Of a stretch of DNA of 60,000 nucleotides, positions 38,251-51,600 are shown piece by piece. A program made the position numbers and the translations under genes. Numbering within the stretch: position 1 is the stretch's first letter; the number at the start of each line of letters is the position of its first letter. The notes under the pieces are model-generated. The model saw only the letters and a list, made by a program, of their open reading frames with translations. It did not search any database and was not told the DNA's origin. Location of the stretch: assembly GCA_038087875.1 (NCBI GenBank), contig CM075996.1, positions 994,001 through 1,054,000 of the forward strand, in the 5' to 3' direction. The DNA comes from Malacoraja senta. Lineage: Eukaryota.

Positions 38251-41074
38251 AGAATCGGATTTTATTCGCCAAGTATGTTTCGCAACATACGAGGAATTTC
38301 ACTGGCCAGGTCAGTCATACAATTAAAAGCAACAGACTCAAAAACACATTTTAACATGAACATCCATCACAGTGACTCCAACACATTCCTCACAGTGATG
38401 GAAGGCGAAATAAAGTTCAAGTCCTTCCTTGTTCTTCCTCGGTCGGGGGCCTCGAGCCCCCCGTTGACGGGACGGTCTTGACTCCCGTAGCCGGCGACAT
38501 TCGGGCCCTCCGTGTCGAGGCATTCAGCTCTTGCATCAGGGTGATGTCAGCTTCCCCGCGCCGGGCGATCGAACCTCGCGTCAGGGCTGGCCGAACCTTC
38601 TGTGGCGTTGGAGCTCCCGACTAGCCTCTCCCGAGACTGCGAGCCTTTGATGGTAAGTCCGCAGGCCGCGGTGGGAGCGATCCCAGGCAAGGGATCCGCT
38701 CCGATGTTAAGTCCACGGTGGGGCTCACGACAGTTCGAGGAGGCCTCCAGCTCCAGCGATGGTAGGCCGCAGAGCCCGGAGAATGTGATCCGAAAATTGA
38801 TCACATCTCCGGGAAGGTAGGAACTTGAAAACAAGTTTCCGCCGATCCCCTCCCCCCTCCCCCCACATAAAACAAACCGAAAAACATTAAAAACAACCTT
38901 TTAACAAACGTTAAAAATAACAAAAAGATGAAGAAAAAAAACCAGACTGCCGGCAGGGCTGCCATCTCCCCGTCGCCCCTGGTGGTCCATCTATCTTTTG
39001 TGTCTATCTTTGTTGTAAACCAGCATCTGCAGTTCCTTGTGTCTCTGTTTGATTTGGATCCTGGTTACTGTCCCAAACCCGACTGGCTATGTGTCCGTGT
39101 TCGGGTCTCACTAAGAAACAACTCCTCAGGCGCAGAATTGAATTCAATTTTCCGAGAGACTCCTCAAGCGTGGTTTACTGGCAGAATTCAAAGGACTTCT
39201 GCTGCCATGATTTGAGCTCAATCCTCCCAGCCAAAAAGCAGGGAATATTAAGCAGAATTCCCTCTCCCCATTCCCTCTTCCCAACGATGTCCTCTTGGTT
39301 AAATAGTTAATCAATGAAAGAATAAGCAAGAAATATGCTAAAAATTTACCACTATGCACTCTTGTAATTTTATCCGGATTAAAGGACGTGCCAGGCCATC
39401 AGTTGCCGGATAATTGGTGGTGGATCATCACATTAATCATCAAGTTGGAAATCTCTATCATGTCAGGAAAGAGCCTCAGCCTCTTCATTTGGACTTGGCA
39501 TCATGTTTGGCGTGGACATTGTGGGCCGAAGGGCCTGTTCTTGTGCTGTACTGTTCGATATTCTATGTATTATAACTTACCCACTTTGGCATCACTGGCT
39601 CCTTTGCTACTTTCTTACGCTCACAGTCACTAGTTGCCTTACTGCCACATCGTTGGAGGAAACAGGAGCATCTAGTAGTAACCAACAGTCATAGAGAGGA
39701 CACACAAAGAGCACACAGACCCGCCCAGGGTCAGGATGAAACACAGGCCCTTGGAGTGGTGAGGCAGTAACAATGACTGCTGCCTCTGTTGGAGAACAAA
39801 GACTCGTGGACACAGATATATCAGATTGTGCAGAGTGGAGACCAAACTTGGTTAGTACAAGAGGATAACTCCTCAAGCCAAGAGAGGGAGGGCAGGCAGC
39901 AGCACAGTGCTGTGGGTCCCGGAGACAAAGCAATTCACAGCCCAAGGACAAGTTCACCGTCTCAACTAAAGACAGAATTCATCCTGTGCACGTGTGTCCT
40001 CAAATAATTTACCAATTACGTGACTTCAAAGTTACATAAACACAATAAACACACCCCTCACCTGTATCTGACTATTACCTGCCGGGCTTTGTTCTGCCCT
40101 CTTTTCCCACCTTTCCTCCCCATCCCCCCCCCCCTCCTCTGCAATAAGTCAGAAGAAGTCCCTGTCCGCAAAGTTCTCCAGAGATGCTGCCTTATGCGCT
40201 GAGTTCCTCCAGCACTTTGTCATTGTTTTATAAAGTAGCATCTGCAGTTCCTTGTTTCTACATAATTGACCTGCTCTTTAATCATTTATCAATTACCTAA
40301 TTTATCCATTGTTCATGTGTTCTTAAATGGGACAGGTTTAGGTGCGGCATCTTGGTCAGCATGGATGAGTTGGGCTGAAGGGCCTGTTTCCGAGCTGTGT
40401 GATTATTACTCCAGGAAAGACATTTGGACAGATATATAAATAGAAGGTTTGGACTAAATGCAGTCAAATGGGACCAGCCCAGTGTGCCATCCCTTGGTTG
40501 GCATAGACAAGATGGGCCGAAGGGCCTGTTTCTATGCTGTACAGTTCTAGACGGTGAGCAGATCAGGCAGCATCTCTGGAGAGAGATAAAGCGCTACCAT
40601 TTCAAGTCAGTAACCCTTCGTTAGAACTGGAGGTGAGCTTGTTGCACATGGAAACGATATCAACAGGCAGTGAAAGTCTTGCTCAGCGATTCTGCTGTGG
40701 ACACGCAGATTAGTAACTCACACCAAGCACCCCTGTACAAAGGAACAAACTGCAATGGTGATCAGGGTTTAATCGACCTGAAAACAGATCTCGAAGATTA
40801 AATCCCCAATCATTGTCGTGCCATTTGCTGAAACCATCTATGACCAATTGACCTTAATGCTTCAAAAATCCGAGTGGCGATGTGGAATTTATAAGTCATC
40901 TTGCTATTAATATAAACAGTGACGGCCTCTCCCTCTGGTCACTGCTTCAAGCTGAACCAGCAGCTCGCCACCTCCGTGCCTTGCTCTGGTAACGAGCCGA
41001 GCTTCGAAGTTGTACCCTCGGCGTCACAGACAGGGACGGGCACCTCTGCCGTGTAACCGAGCTCTGACGGCACC

Positions 41075-41475
41075 CTGCCCATCTGGCATTGTGGTAGTGA
41101 ATCTGTCCATCTGGCACTGTGGTGGTAGGCACTGCCACTGTGGTGGTGAATCTGCCCATCTGGCACTGTGGTGGTGAATCTGCCCATCTGCCACTGTGGT
41201 GGTGAATCTGCCCATCTGCCACTGTGGTGGTAGGCACTGCCACTGTGGTGGTGAATCTGCCCATCTGGCACTGTGGTGGTGAATCTGCCCATCTGGCACT
41301 GTGGTGGTGAATCTGCCCATCTGGCACTGTGGTGGTGAATCTGCCCATCTGGCACTGTGGTGGTAGGCACTGCCACTGTGGTGGTGAATCTGCCCATCTG
41401 GCACTGTGGTGGTGAATCTGCCCATCTGCCACTGTGGTGGTAGGCACTGCCATCGTGGTGGTGGTTGGCACTGCC
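41075..41475. repeat. Compound minisatellite (28-bp GCCCATCTGGCACTGTGGTGGTGAATCT with ~21-bp variants)
   Basis: Direct tandem copies. Confidence 0.95.
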
Positions 41476-41802
41476 ATTGCCTCCACTGCCCAACACAATC
41501 GCGTCCTTGCTCTGTGACATTTCAACGCACCCAAAACAAATTTGCAACAGAAAATGGCAAAAGTGGTTTTGGTGCTATTTATTAAACTTCACTGAATGTG
41601 TCTGACAAGTTTGAAGAAGGGGGTCCTGACCCGAAGCATCAGCAAGGGGGCAGCGATACGAAGTACTGTTTAAACCACTGCTGCATCACCTGGGGAGGGA
41701 TATGTTGGCTTCAGAGTGAAGGGGCATTGGCCTGGACCTGATCTGACCATTGCCAGTCTCACTTCTGCTGCTCACAGTCAGTGATGCTGGAATGGTCCTG
41801 AC

Positions 41803-42998
41803 CTGTGTGGGGTTCTGGTCCAGTCTGATGGGACCATGTACATGAGGGTTGCAGTCAGCTCTGGTGGACTGGGTAGGCTGCACAGTAACTCAGCAGCATG
41901 CAACCAGAACCTCCAGGGAGAAATCACACACACCAGCAGTTCAATCGCTGGCATTTACACGAGTAAAGGGAGACTTGGCTGAAGCTTTCACAATAAATAT
42001 GGATCATATGCTTGCAGTTAGATTAGTTTAACCTGGCATGATGTTCACCACTGATACTGTGTGCTAAAGGGCCACTAATAAACGATGTTCTAATAAACTC
42101 AGTTGAGTGCATGAAGAGAAGTTATTGCCTCCAGTCTGGGTCGGTGGACTTTAATCTCAAATTTAAAGCCAAGTTTTTCAGGAGTGAAGTTTCAACACAC
42201 TCCTGCATGCAGAGGGAGAGAGAAACCCGGAGCATTGATACCAGTAAAAGACACAAGTGCTGGAGTAACTCAGCGGGTCAGGCAGCATCTGTGGAGAACA
42301 TGGATATGTGACGCTTTGGGTCAGGACTCTTCTTCAGGTTCACATTCACTTTAGGTGACATTTTGGGTTGGGACCCTTCTCCTGACTGGAAACGTCACCT
42401 ATCCATGTTCTCCACAGATGCTGCCTGACCCGCTGAGTTACTCCAGCACTCTGTGAAACATCACCTATCCATGTTCTCCACAGATGCTGCCTGACCCGCT
42501 GAGTTACTCCAGCACTCTGTGAAACGTCACCTATCCATGTTCTGCACAAATGCTGCCTGACCCGCTGAGTTACTCCAGCACTCTGTGAAACGTCACCTAT
42601 CCATGTTCTCCACAGATGCTGCCTGACCCGCTGAGTTACTCCAGCTTTTTGTGGCTTTGTTTCTACTCAGGTTCAGATTAAATAGAACAGTATAAGACAT
42701 CTTATTTTCTGCTCCAAGGATCAGTTCAATCCAGATTGAAGCCTCATTGACACCACGCTTCCAGCCACACACCAGCACCACAGCCTAGCGCTAGCATGAA
42801 TGACTATGTTCTGCATACAAGACTATACAAGACTAGTTGTGACTTTGGGAACTGCCTGAGACTTGTGCCACCACCTGCAGTAACACTCACTGCCTGGTGG
42901 TGGAGCTGGCACCCACCTAGTGCTGCAGTTCACTGTGGCCAACAGCGCTGTCGGTGGACAGGTTGCGGAACTGCAACTTCTCGTAGGCTTCGATAAAG
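41803..42998 (-). pseudogene. Two exon-like segments of an unidentified gene (42891-42998 and 41803-41910)
   Basis: Both 108 nt, phase 2-2; FIEAYEKLQFRNLSTDSAVGHSELQH*VGASSTTR + QFWLHAAELLCSLPSPPEL...; acceptor ATTTGCAG, donor GTGAGT on the first. Confidence 0.4.
42389..42645 (+). repeat. 66-bp tandem repeat x4 derived from the Penelope-type repeat
   Basis: Units start at 42389, 42455, 42521 and 42587. Confidence 0.95.
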
Positions 42999-43089
42999 CT
43001 GCAAATACTAGTTTAACAAAGAAGATAAGATTTGGTCTTGGTTTCATGTTCAGCACAGACATTGTGCACCGAAGGGCCTGTTCCTGTGC

Positions 43090-45237
43090 TCAAAGAGTCA
43101 TACAGCATGAAAACAGGCCCTTCAGCCCAACTTGCCCACACCGACCAACATGTCCCATCTACACCAGTCCCACCTGCCTGCATTTGGCCTGTATCCCTCT
43201 AAACCTGTCCTGTCCATGTTTCAAACCTTGTAATAGTAACTGCCTCAACTACCTCCACCGGCAGCTTATTCCATACACCCACCACCCTTTGTGTGGAAAA
43301 ATGTTGCCCCTAGGTTCCTATTGAGTCTTTCATCCCTTATCTTAAACTTATCTCCTCTGGTTCTTAATTACCCAACTCTAGGTAAATGACACTGTGCATT
43401 TACCCTATCTGTTCCTCTCACGATCTTTCACACCTCCAGAAGATCACCAATTTATTCTTCTGCACTCCAAGGAATAAGGTCCAAGCCAGCTCAACTTCTC
43501 TCTGTAGCTCAGGCCCTCGAGTGCTGGCAACTGTACTGTTCTGTTTTATTAGGCCTTGAAAATTGATAGCCATTTAAGCAAGTAGCTTAGCATTTTTATT
43601 TTTAAATTCATCGTTGTGTTATGAGCATGAGTGCCAAGGACCGCATTTATAGTCCATCCCTGCAGCCACTGACTCTCGAACACAGCACAATAGTACAGAA
43701 GAGTATGGAAGTTGGGAGGTCATGTTGCAGTTGTACAAGACGTTGGTGAGACCGCATTTAGAGTATTGTGTTCAGTTCTGGGCACCATGTTATAGGAAAG
43801 ATGTTGTCAAGCTTGAAAGGGTTCAGAGAAGATTTATGAGGATGTTGCCAGGACTAGAGGGTGTGATCTATATATAGGGAGAGGTTGAGTAGGCTGGGTC
43901 TCTATTCCTTGGAGCGCAGGAGGATGAGGGGTGATCTTATAGAGGTGTATATAATCATGAGAGGAATAGATCGGGTAGATGCACAGAGTCTCTTGCACAG
44001 AGTAGGGGAATCGAAGACCAGAGGACATAGGTTTAAGGTGAAGGGGAAAAGATTTAATAGGATTTTGAAGGGTAACTTTTTCACAATTTATTCAAAGGGT
44101 GGTATGAAAGCTGCCAGAGGTGGTAGTTGATGCTGGGACTATCCCAATGTTTAAGAAACAGTTAGACAGGTACATGAATAGGACAGGTTTGGAGGGATAT
44201 GGACCAAGCACAGGCAGGTGGGACTGGTGTAGCTGGGACATGTTGGCCGTTGTGGGAAAGTTGGGTCGAAGGGCCTGTTTCCACACTGTATCTCTCTATG
44301 ACTCCATTGTGATTGAGTTTGCTTTGATTGCTTTGGTTTTGCACTGTTAGAATCTGGTTACTCAGTATTACTGATTATTAATTTATTTTATTATTTTTTA
44401 TAATCAATAATTTTTATTATTGATTATTGTGTTTATGGGCTTGTAAAGCTGCAATAAGTTAGGTTTAGGTTCAGGTTTATTATTGTCACATGTACAGTGG
44501 AAAACTGCTTTGCATTCTATCCAAACAGATCAGATAGGCCATAAATAAATACAATCAAAGCAAACTCAATCACAATAGATAGAACGAAGGGGAAGACACA
44601 GAGTGCAGAATATAGTTCTCAGCACTGAGGCACATCAGTTCCAGAGGCAAAGTCCAATGTCATTGTGTGGGGATAGAGGTGAATCGGACAGGACCCTAGT
44701 TTGTGGAAGGACCGTACAGAAGCCTGACACAAAGGGAAAGAAACTGTTGGTGAGTCTGTTGTGTACATAGAAACATAGAAAATAGGTGCAGGAGTAGGCC
44801 ATTCGGCCCTTCGAGCCTGCACCGCCATTCAATATGATCATGGCTGATCATCCAACTCAGTATCCTGTACCTGCCTTCTCTCCATACCCCCTGATCCCTT
44901 TAGCCACAAGGGCCACATCTAACTCCCTCTTAAATATAGCCAATGAACTGGCCTCAACTACTTTCTGTGGCAGAGAATTCCACAGATTCACCACTCTCTG
45001 TGTGAATTTTTTTTCTCATCTCGGTCCTAAAAGAATTCCCTCTTATCCTTAAACTGTGACCCCTTGTTCTGGACTTCCCCAACATCGGGAACAATCTTCC
45101 TGCATCTAGCCTGTCCAACCCCTTAAGAATTTTATAAGTTTCTATAAGATCCCCCCTCAATCTTCTAAATTCTAGCGAGTACAAGCCGAGTCTATCCAGT
45201 CTTTCTTCATTTGAAAGTCCTGCCATCCCAGGAATCA
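43090..45237. mobile_element. CR1 LINE fragments (43090-43530 -, 43700-44300 +, 44765-45237 -)
   Basis: LGLYSLERRR.RGDLIE.YKI motifs and 3' tails. Confidence 0.9.
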
Positions 45238-45885
45238 ATGGTGCCATAGTGGACACAGACGCTTTCAAGCTTCAGTACCTTCTGCTGGACGGGAGCGGAG
45301 AAAAAGAAGGAATGAACAGGTAGGTCTTTGATTTTGTTGGCTGTTTTTCCGAACTGCAGCGCAAGGTGGCAGCCAGCTCCACCAGCAGGCAGTGAGTGTC
45401 ACAGTGGCAATGGTTCTAAAGACGTACGGTTAATTGGCTTCTGTAAATTGTCCCCAGTGTGTAGTCTCTGTTTCCACACAGTATCTCTAAATTAAACTGA
45501 ATTGTCTGTAATTTCCTACGGTCTTGGGCAGAGCTGTTCCCAAACCAAGATGTGATGCAAGCCAACAGTCTGCTTTCTATGGTGCATCTGAAGAGGTTTG
45601 TAAGTCACTGATCTCCTCAAGAAGTGGAGGCATTGGTGCCCGATGGATGTTGGTCCACAACAGATTATTCGTAATATTAGAGCCAAGGAACTTGAAACTC
45701 TCAACTATTTCCACTATGGCAACATTGATGCTGATTGGGGCATGTACTCCTCCACGCTTGCTGAACTCACTAACTATCTCGTGTTAAAGAAGGAACTGCA
45801 GATGCTGGAAAATCGAAGGGCTACACAAAAATGCTGGAGAAACTCAGCGGGTGCAGCAGCACATCTATGGAAGCGAAGGAAATAG

Positions 45886-46085
45886 NNNNNNNNNNNNNNN
45901 NNNNNNNNNNNNNNNNNNNNNNNNNNNNNNNNNNNNNNNNNNNNNNNNNNNNNNNNNNNNNNNNNNNNNNNNNNNNNNNNNNNNNNNNNNNNNNNNNNNN
46001 NNNNNNNNNNNNNNNNNNNNNNNNNNNNNNNNNNNNNNNNNNNNNNNNNNNNNNNNNNNNNNNNNNNNNNNNNNNNNNNNNNNNN
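45886..46085. other. Assembly gap (200 N)
   Basis: Run of N. Confidence 1.
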
Positions 46086-47538
46086 ACGCAGAAACTGCTC
46101 AGTCCGTCACAGGTGATGATCTCTTCACCATCAAAGGGATCTGCAGGAGATGCTACCTGCAAAAGGCAGCTCATATCAAAGACCCACACCACCCGACCGG
46201 TGTGAAAAACCAGCAGAAGCAGGAAAACTGACCTCCATGTTTAAGAGCAGCTTCTTCCCAACAATTACAAGCTTCTCGAACACTGCACAACATGAACCAC
46301 AACGATGAGATATTATGGACTGTGTCATTTGCTGCCCGACAGATGTTTTTTACACTCGCATTCAATTTCCAGGATTTTTATTTTATTAGTTATCTGTGTG
46401 TCATTGCACTACGCTCCCATTATTTTGTTCAGAAGCCCAAAAACGTGACCTCCAGGTTCAGGAACAGCTTCTTCCCAGCAACCATCAGGCTCTTGAACAC
46501 TGCCCGACACAAACCACATCTATGAACTGTGAAGAACTATGGACTGAGTCTTTGGTTGCATTACAGACATGTTTACAGTAGTATCGTGAGTATAAATTTA
46601 CTGAAATGCAAATTAATGCATTTTTGTGTTGTTGCAATTACAGGCTTGTTAATCTACAGCAAGAAATACACCCCCACCCACACCCCCTCCCCCCGCACAC
46701 ACACCCTGCCCACACAGCCCCCCTCCCACACCCCGTCCCCCACACACAACCCCACCCTCACACAGCCCCCCTCCCACACCCCCTCCCCACACACAACCCC
46801 ACCCCCACCCCCACACACCCCCCATCCTTCCATATCCTCCCTCCCCCCGCACGCCCTCACTCCCGCCCACCCTCCACCACTGCCCACACACCGCCCTATC
46901 CGGCCCAACAATGCTCGCTGCCCCCCTCCCTCCCCTCCCCTCCACACACACCACACCCCTCCCCCACACCCCCCTCCCCACAACCCCCCCTCCACACATA
47001 CCCCCTCCCCCACACACACCCCCCTCCCCCAGACTCACACTCTCTGTGTGAAAAAGTGTTTCCCCATCTCTGTTCTAAATTGCGTACCCCTTATTCTTCA
47101 ACTGTGGCCGCTGGTTCTGGACTCCCCCAACATCGGGAACATTTTTCCCACCTCTAGAGTGTCCAAACCCTTAATAATCTTATATTTCAAAATTCTAGAG
47201 TGTACAAGCCCAGCCGCTCCATTCTCTCAAGATATGACAGTCCCGCCATCTCGGGAATTAACCTTGTGAACCTACGCTGCACTCCCTCAATAGCAAGAAT
47301 GTCCTTCCTCAAATTTGGAGACCAAAGCTGCACATACTCCAGGTGTGATCTCACTAGGGTCCTGTACAACTGCAGAATTACCTCTTTGCTCCTATACACA
47401 AATCCTCTTGTTATGAAGGCCAACATGCCATTTGCTTTCTTCACTGCTTGCTGTACCTGCATGCTTACGTTCGTTGACTGATGAACAAGGAACCCCAGAT
47501 CCCTTTGTATTTCCCCTTTTCCCAACTTGACACCATTT

Positions 47539-48640
47539 AGACCACAAATGGGCTGCAAAATATTCTTCCTTCAATCATTTTAAACATTAATATATTAAAA
47601 TAATACAATGAAATCAATTGTGCAAATGAAAAGATGTCTGAGTCGTTCAGTTTTATTTACAGATGTTTTGGTCCGCTTCAAGATCCAATCACCCAGTTTT
47701 CAACTGTACCCAGTTGAAAAGCCCGCTGCCTCTGGGGGTTTGGAGAGACCATTGGAAGAGAGATCTGCCCTCTGGGACAACTCGTGGCCAACAGTTTAGT
47801 TCCCATGTGCAGGCAGAACATTGGGGGTTCGAGTCCAACCCTGTTGATTTGTAGTCCTTATAATAACACTAATCTACAAACCCCTGGGGCCCCTGTATCA
47901 CATATAGTACAGAGATACAGGGCCCTTCGGCCCACCGAGTCCACACCGACCTGCGATCCTCCGTACACTATGCCACACACGCTAGGGACAATTTATACTT
48001 ATACCAAGGCTATCAACCTAGAGTTAGGGTTAGGGTTAGTGTTAGGGTTAGGATTAGTGTTAGGATTAGGATTAGTGTTAGGGCTAGGATTTGTAAAAAT
48101 TGTCTTTAGCGTGTGTGGATAGTGTGCGGGTATTCGTTGGTCACAGGCTGGGTCCACAAATGGGGGGCATCGGGCAAAGTGGGTTGGGGGGATTGGAAAA
48201 TCGGAGAAGGAAGGGAGAGGGGGATGTGAGGGAGGGGAATGAGTGGAGAAGGGGGAGAAGAGTGGAGCGGAGAGAGGGGGGAAGGGAAGAAGGGGGGGGA
48301 GGGTAGTGGAGAAGGGTAGGGGGGTAGTGGAGAAGGAGGGATGGCGTGGGAGGGGGGAAGAGAGGGGTGGAGGGGAGAGGGGAGTTCAGTCTACACTCAC
48401 TGAATCCATCCCTGTGAAAAGTTAGAGATGGTGATTGGATCTGGAAGCGGACCAATACATCTGTAAATAAAACTGAACGACTCAAACATCTTTTCATTTG
48501 CACAATTGATTTTATTGTATTAATTTTAATATATTAATGTTTATAATCCATGCATTGAAGGATGAATATTTTACAGCCCATCTGTGGTCCATAATCCAAA
48601 CCCTGACCCGAACCCTAACCCTGATCCTAACCCTAACCGG
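47539..48640. mobile_element. Foldback element with ~170-190-bp TIRs and (TTAGGG)-like ends (copies 51610-52645, 55608-57770)
   Basis: GACCACA(A/G)ATGGGCTG...GATCCAATCACC arm inverted at the other end; CCCTAA repeats distal. Confidence 0.8.
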
Positions 48641-51600
48641 GCCTCACCCGCAGGACAGCATACGTCAGCGTGTATGTCGTACACTTGACGGTTTTACGGG
48701 CGTCAGTCACTGACACTCACAGTCGCCGAAAAAAATCGCTAAGTGGGACAGGCCCTGTACTGCTATCCAAATGTGCTGCTATTTCATCTTTTATAATTGA
48801 CTCCAGCATCTTCCCCACCACCGATGTCAGGCTAACTGGTCTATAATTCCTTAAAAAGTGGGATAACATTAGCTACCCTCCAATCCACTGGACCTGATCC
48901 TGAATCTATAGAACATTGGAAAATTATCACCAATGCATCCACAATATCTAGAGCCACTTCATTAAGTACTCAGGGATGCAGACCATCAAGCCCTGGGGAT
49001 TTATCAGCCTTCAGTCCCATCAGTCTACCCAACACCATTTCCTGCCTAATGTGGATTTCCTTCAGTTCCTCCGTCACCCCAGATCCTCTGGCCACTAGTA
49101 CATCAGGAAGATTATTTGTGTCTTCCTTAGTGAAGACGGATCCAAAGTACCTGTTCAACTCATCTGCCATTTCCTTGTTCCCCATAATAAATTCACCCTT
49201 TTCAATCTTGAAGTGTCCAACTTTGGTCTTAACTATTTTTTCCTCTTCACGTACCTAAAGAAGCTTTTACTATCCTCCCTTATATTCTTGGCTAGCTTAC
49301 CTTCGTACCCCCCCCCCCCACCCACATCCCCCACACCCACTCCCCCGCAGCCCCCCCCTCCGCTCCACAACGTTCACTGCCCCCCTCCCTCCCTCCACAT
49401 ACACCCCACCAGCTTACCTTCGTACCCCAGACACACACCCACCGGCCCCCACACAACACACCCCGCCCACACCCCCTTTCCCACACACCCCTCGCCTCCC
49501 TCCGCCCGTCCTACACACCCCCCTCCCCCACACACACACCCCCCGCCCCCCTCCCCCCGCCCGATCATCCACAATCAGTACCTCGTTCCTGCCTTCTACC
49601 CATATCCCCTTGACTCCGCTATCTTTAAGAGCCCTATCGAGCTCATTCTTGAAAGTTTCCAGAGAACCTGCCTCCACCGCCCTCTGAGGCAGAGAATTCC
49701 ACACACTCACAACTCTCTGTGTGAAATAGTATTTTCCCATCTCCATTTTAAATGGCTCACCCCTTATTCTTAAACTGTGGCATTGTGCCACAGGTCAGCA
49801 AGTCTGTGCAGTCTTTGCAGGATCACTCTGGGAAAGGCCTTTCCTGTAACACTCAGAAGTGAGATGTCCCTGTAGTTGGTGCACTCCCTTGTTCTTGTAC
49901 AGTGTGACGATGTTGGTGTTACGCATGTGTTACACAGAAACTGCTCAGTCCGTCACAGGTGATGATCTCTTCACCATCAAAGGGATCTGCAGGAGATGCT
50001 ACCTGCAAAAGGCAGCTGATATCAAAGACCCACACCACCCGACCAGTGTGAAAACCCAACAGAAGCAGGGAAACTGACCTCCATGTATAAGAGCAGCTTC
50101 TTCCCAGCAATTACAAGCCTCTCGAATGCTGCACAACTTGAACCATAACGATGAGATATTATGGACTGTGTCATTTGCTGCCCGACAGATGTTTTTTACA
50201 CTAGCATTTAATTTTTAATTTCCAGGATTTTTATTTCATTAGTTATCTGTGTGTCATTGCACTACGCTCCCATTATTTTGTTCAGAAGCTCAAAAAACGT
50301 GACCTACAGGTTCAGGAACAGCTTCTTCCCAGCAACCATCAGGCTCTTGAACACTGCCCGACACAAACCACATCTATGAACTGTGAAGAACTATGGACTG
50401 AGTCTTTGATTGCATTACAGACATGTTTACAGTAGTATCGTGAGTATAAATTTACTGAAATGTGAATTAATGCATTTTTGTGTTGTGGCAGTTACAGGCT
50501 TGTTAATCTACAGCGAGAAATACACCCCCACACAAACCCCACGCCCCCCTCCCCCACATCCTCCCTCCCACCAAAACCCCCTCCCCCACACACCCCCTTC
50601 TCCCCCGCACCCACTCCCCCACACACAACCCACGCTCACATATCCCCATCCTTCCATATCCTCCCTCCCTCCGCCACACTCCCCTCATTCCACATCCTCC
50701 CTCCCCTGCACGCCCTCACCCCCTCGCCACAAACACCGCACGCCAACACCCCCCCTCCCCCCACCCACACACACCTCACCCCCTCCCCCCGCCTACACCC
50801 TCCCTCTCCCCGCATCCTCCCTCCCACACCCCACCCTCCCACACCCCCAAACAGCATGGGAGTTGGGACACAACTTTGCTTCAATAGACAATAGGTGCAG
50901 GAGTAGGCCATTCGGCCCTTCGAGCCAGCACCAACATACAATGTGATCATGGCTGATAATCCACAATCAGTACCCGGTTCCTGCCTTCTCCCCATATCCC
51001 CTTGACTCCGCTATCTTTAAGAGCCCTATCTAGCTCTCTCTTGAAAGTATCCAGAGAACCGGCCTCCACCACCCTCTAAGGCAGAGAATTCCACAGACTC
51101 ACAACTCTCTGTGTGAAAAAGTGTTTCCCCATCTCTGTTCTAAATGGCTCACCCCTTATTCTTCAACTGTGGCCCCTGGTTCTGGACTCCCCGAACATCA
51201 GGAACATGTTTCCCATCTCTAGAGTGTCCAAACCCTTAATAATCTTATATTTCAAAATTCTAGAGTATACAAGCCCAGCCGCTCCATTCTCTCAGGATAC
51301 GACAGTCCCGCCATCTCGGGAATTAACCTTGTGAACCTACGCTGCACTCCCTCAATAGCAAGAATGTCCTTCCTCAAAAATTTGGAGACCAAAGCTGCAC
51401 ACAATACTTCAGGTGTGATCTCACTAGGGCCCTGTACAACTGCAGAACGACCTCTTTGCTCCTGTACATAAATCCTCTTGTTATGAAGGCCAACATGCCA
51501 TTTGCTTTCTTCACTGCTTGCTGTACCTGCATGCTTACTTTCATTGACTGATGAAGAAGGACCCCCAGATCCCGTTTTACTTCCCCTTTTCCCAACTTGA

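Noticed and set aside
40939..41547. ~200-aa minus-strand ORFs
   Set aside because: All three frames are open because the tandem repeat lacks stops; no recognisable protein.
42389..42645. CRISPR-like regularly spaced repeats (also 12340-12540)
   Set aside because: Contiguous tandem units without unique spacers, eukaryotic context, no cas genes.
46529..47269. Long Pro/His/Thr-rich ORFs (also near 49.2, 50.4, 53.5 and 57.7 kb)
   Set aside because: C-rich low-complexity read-through flanked by LINE sequence.
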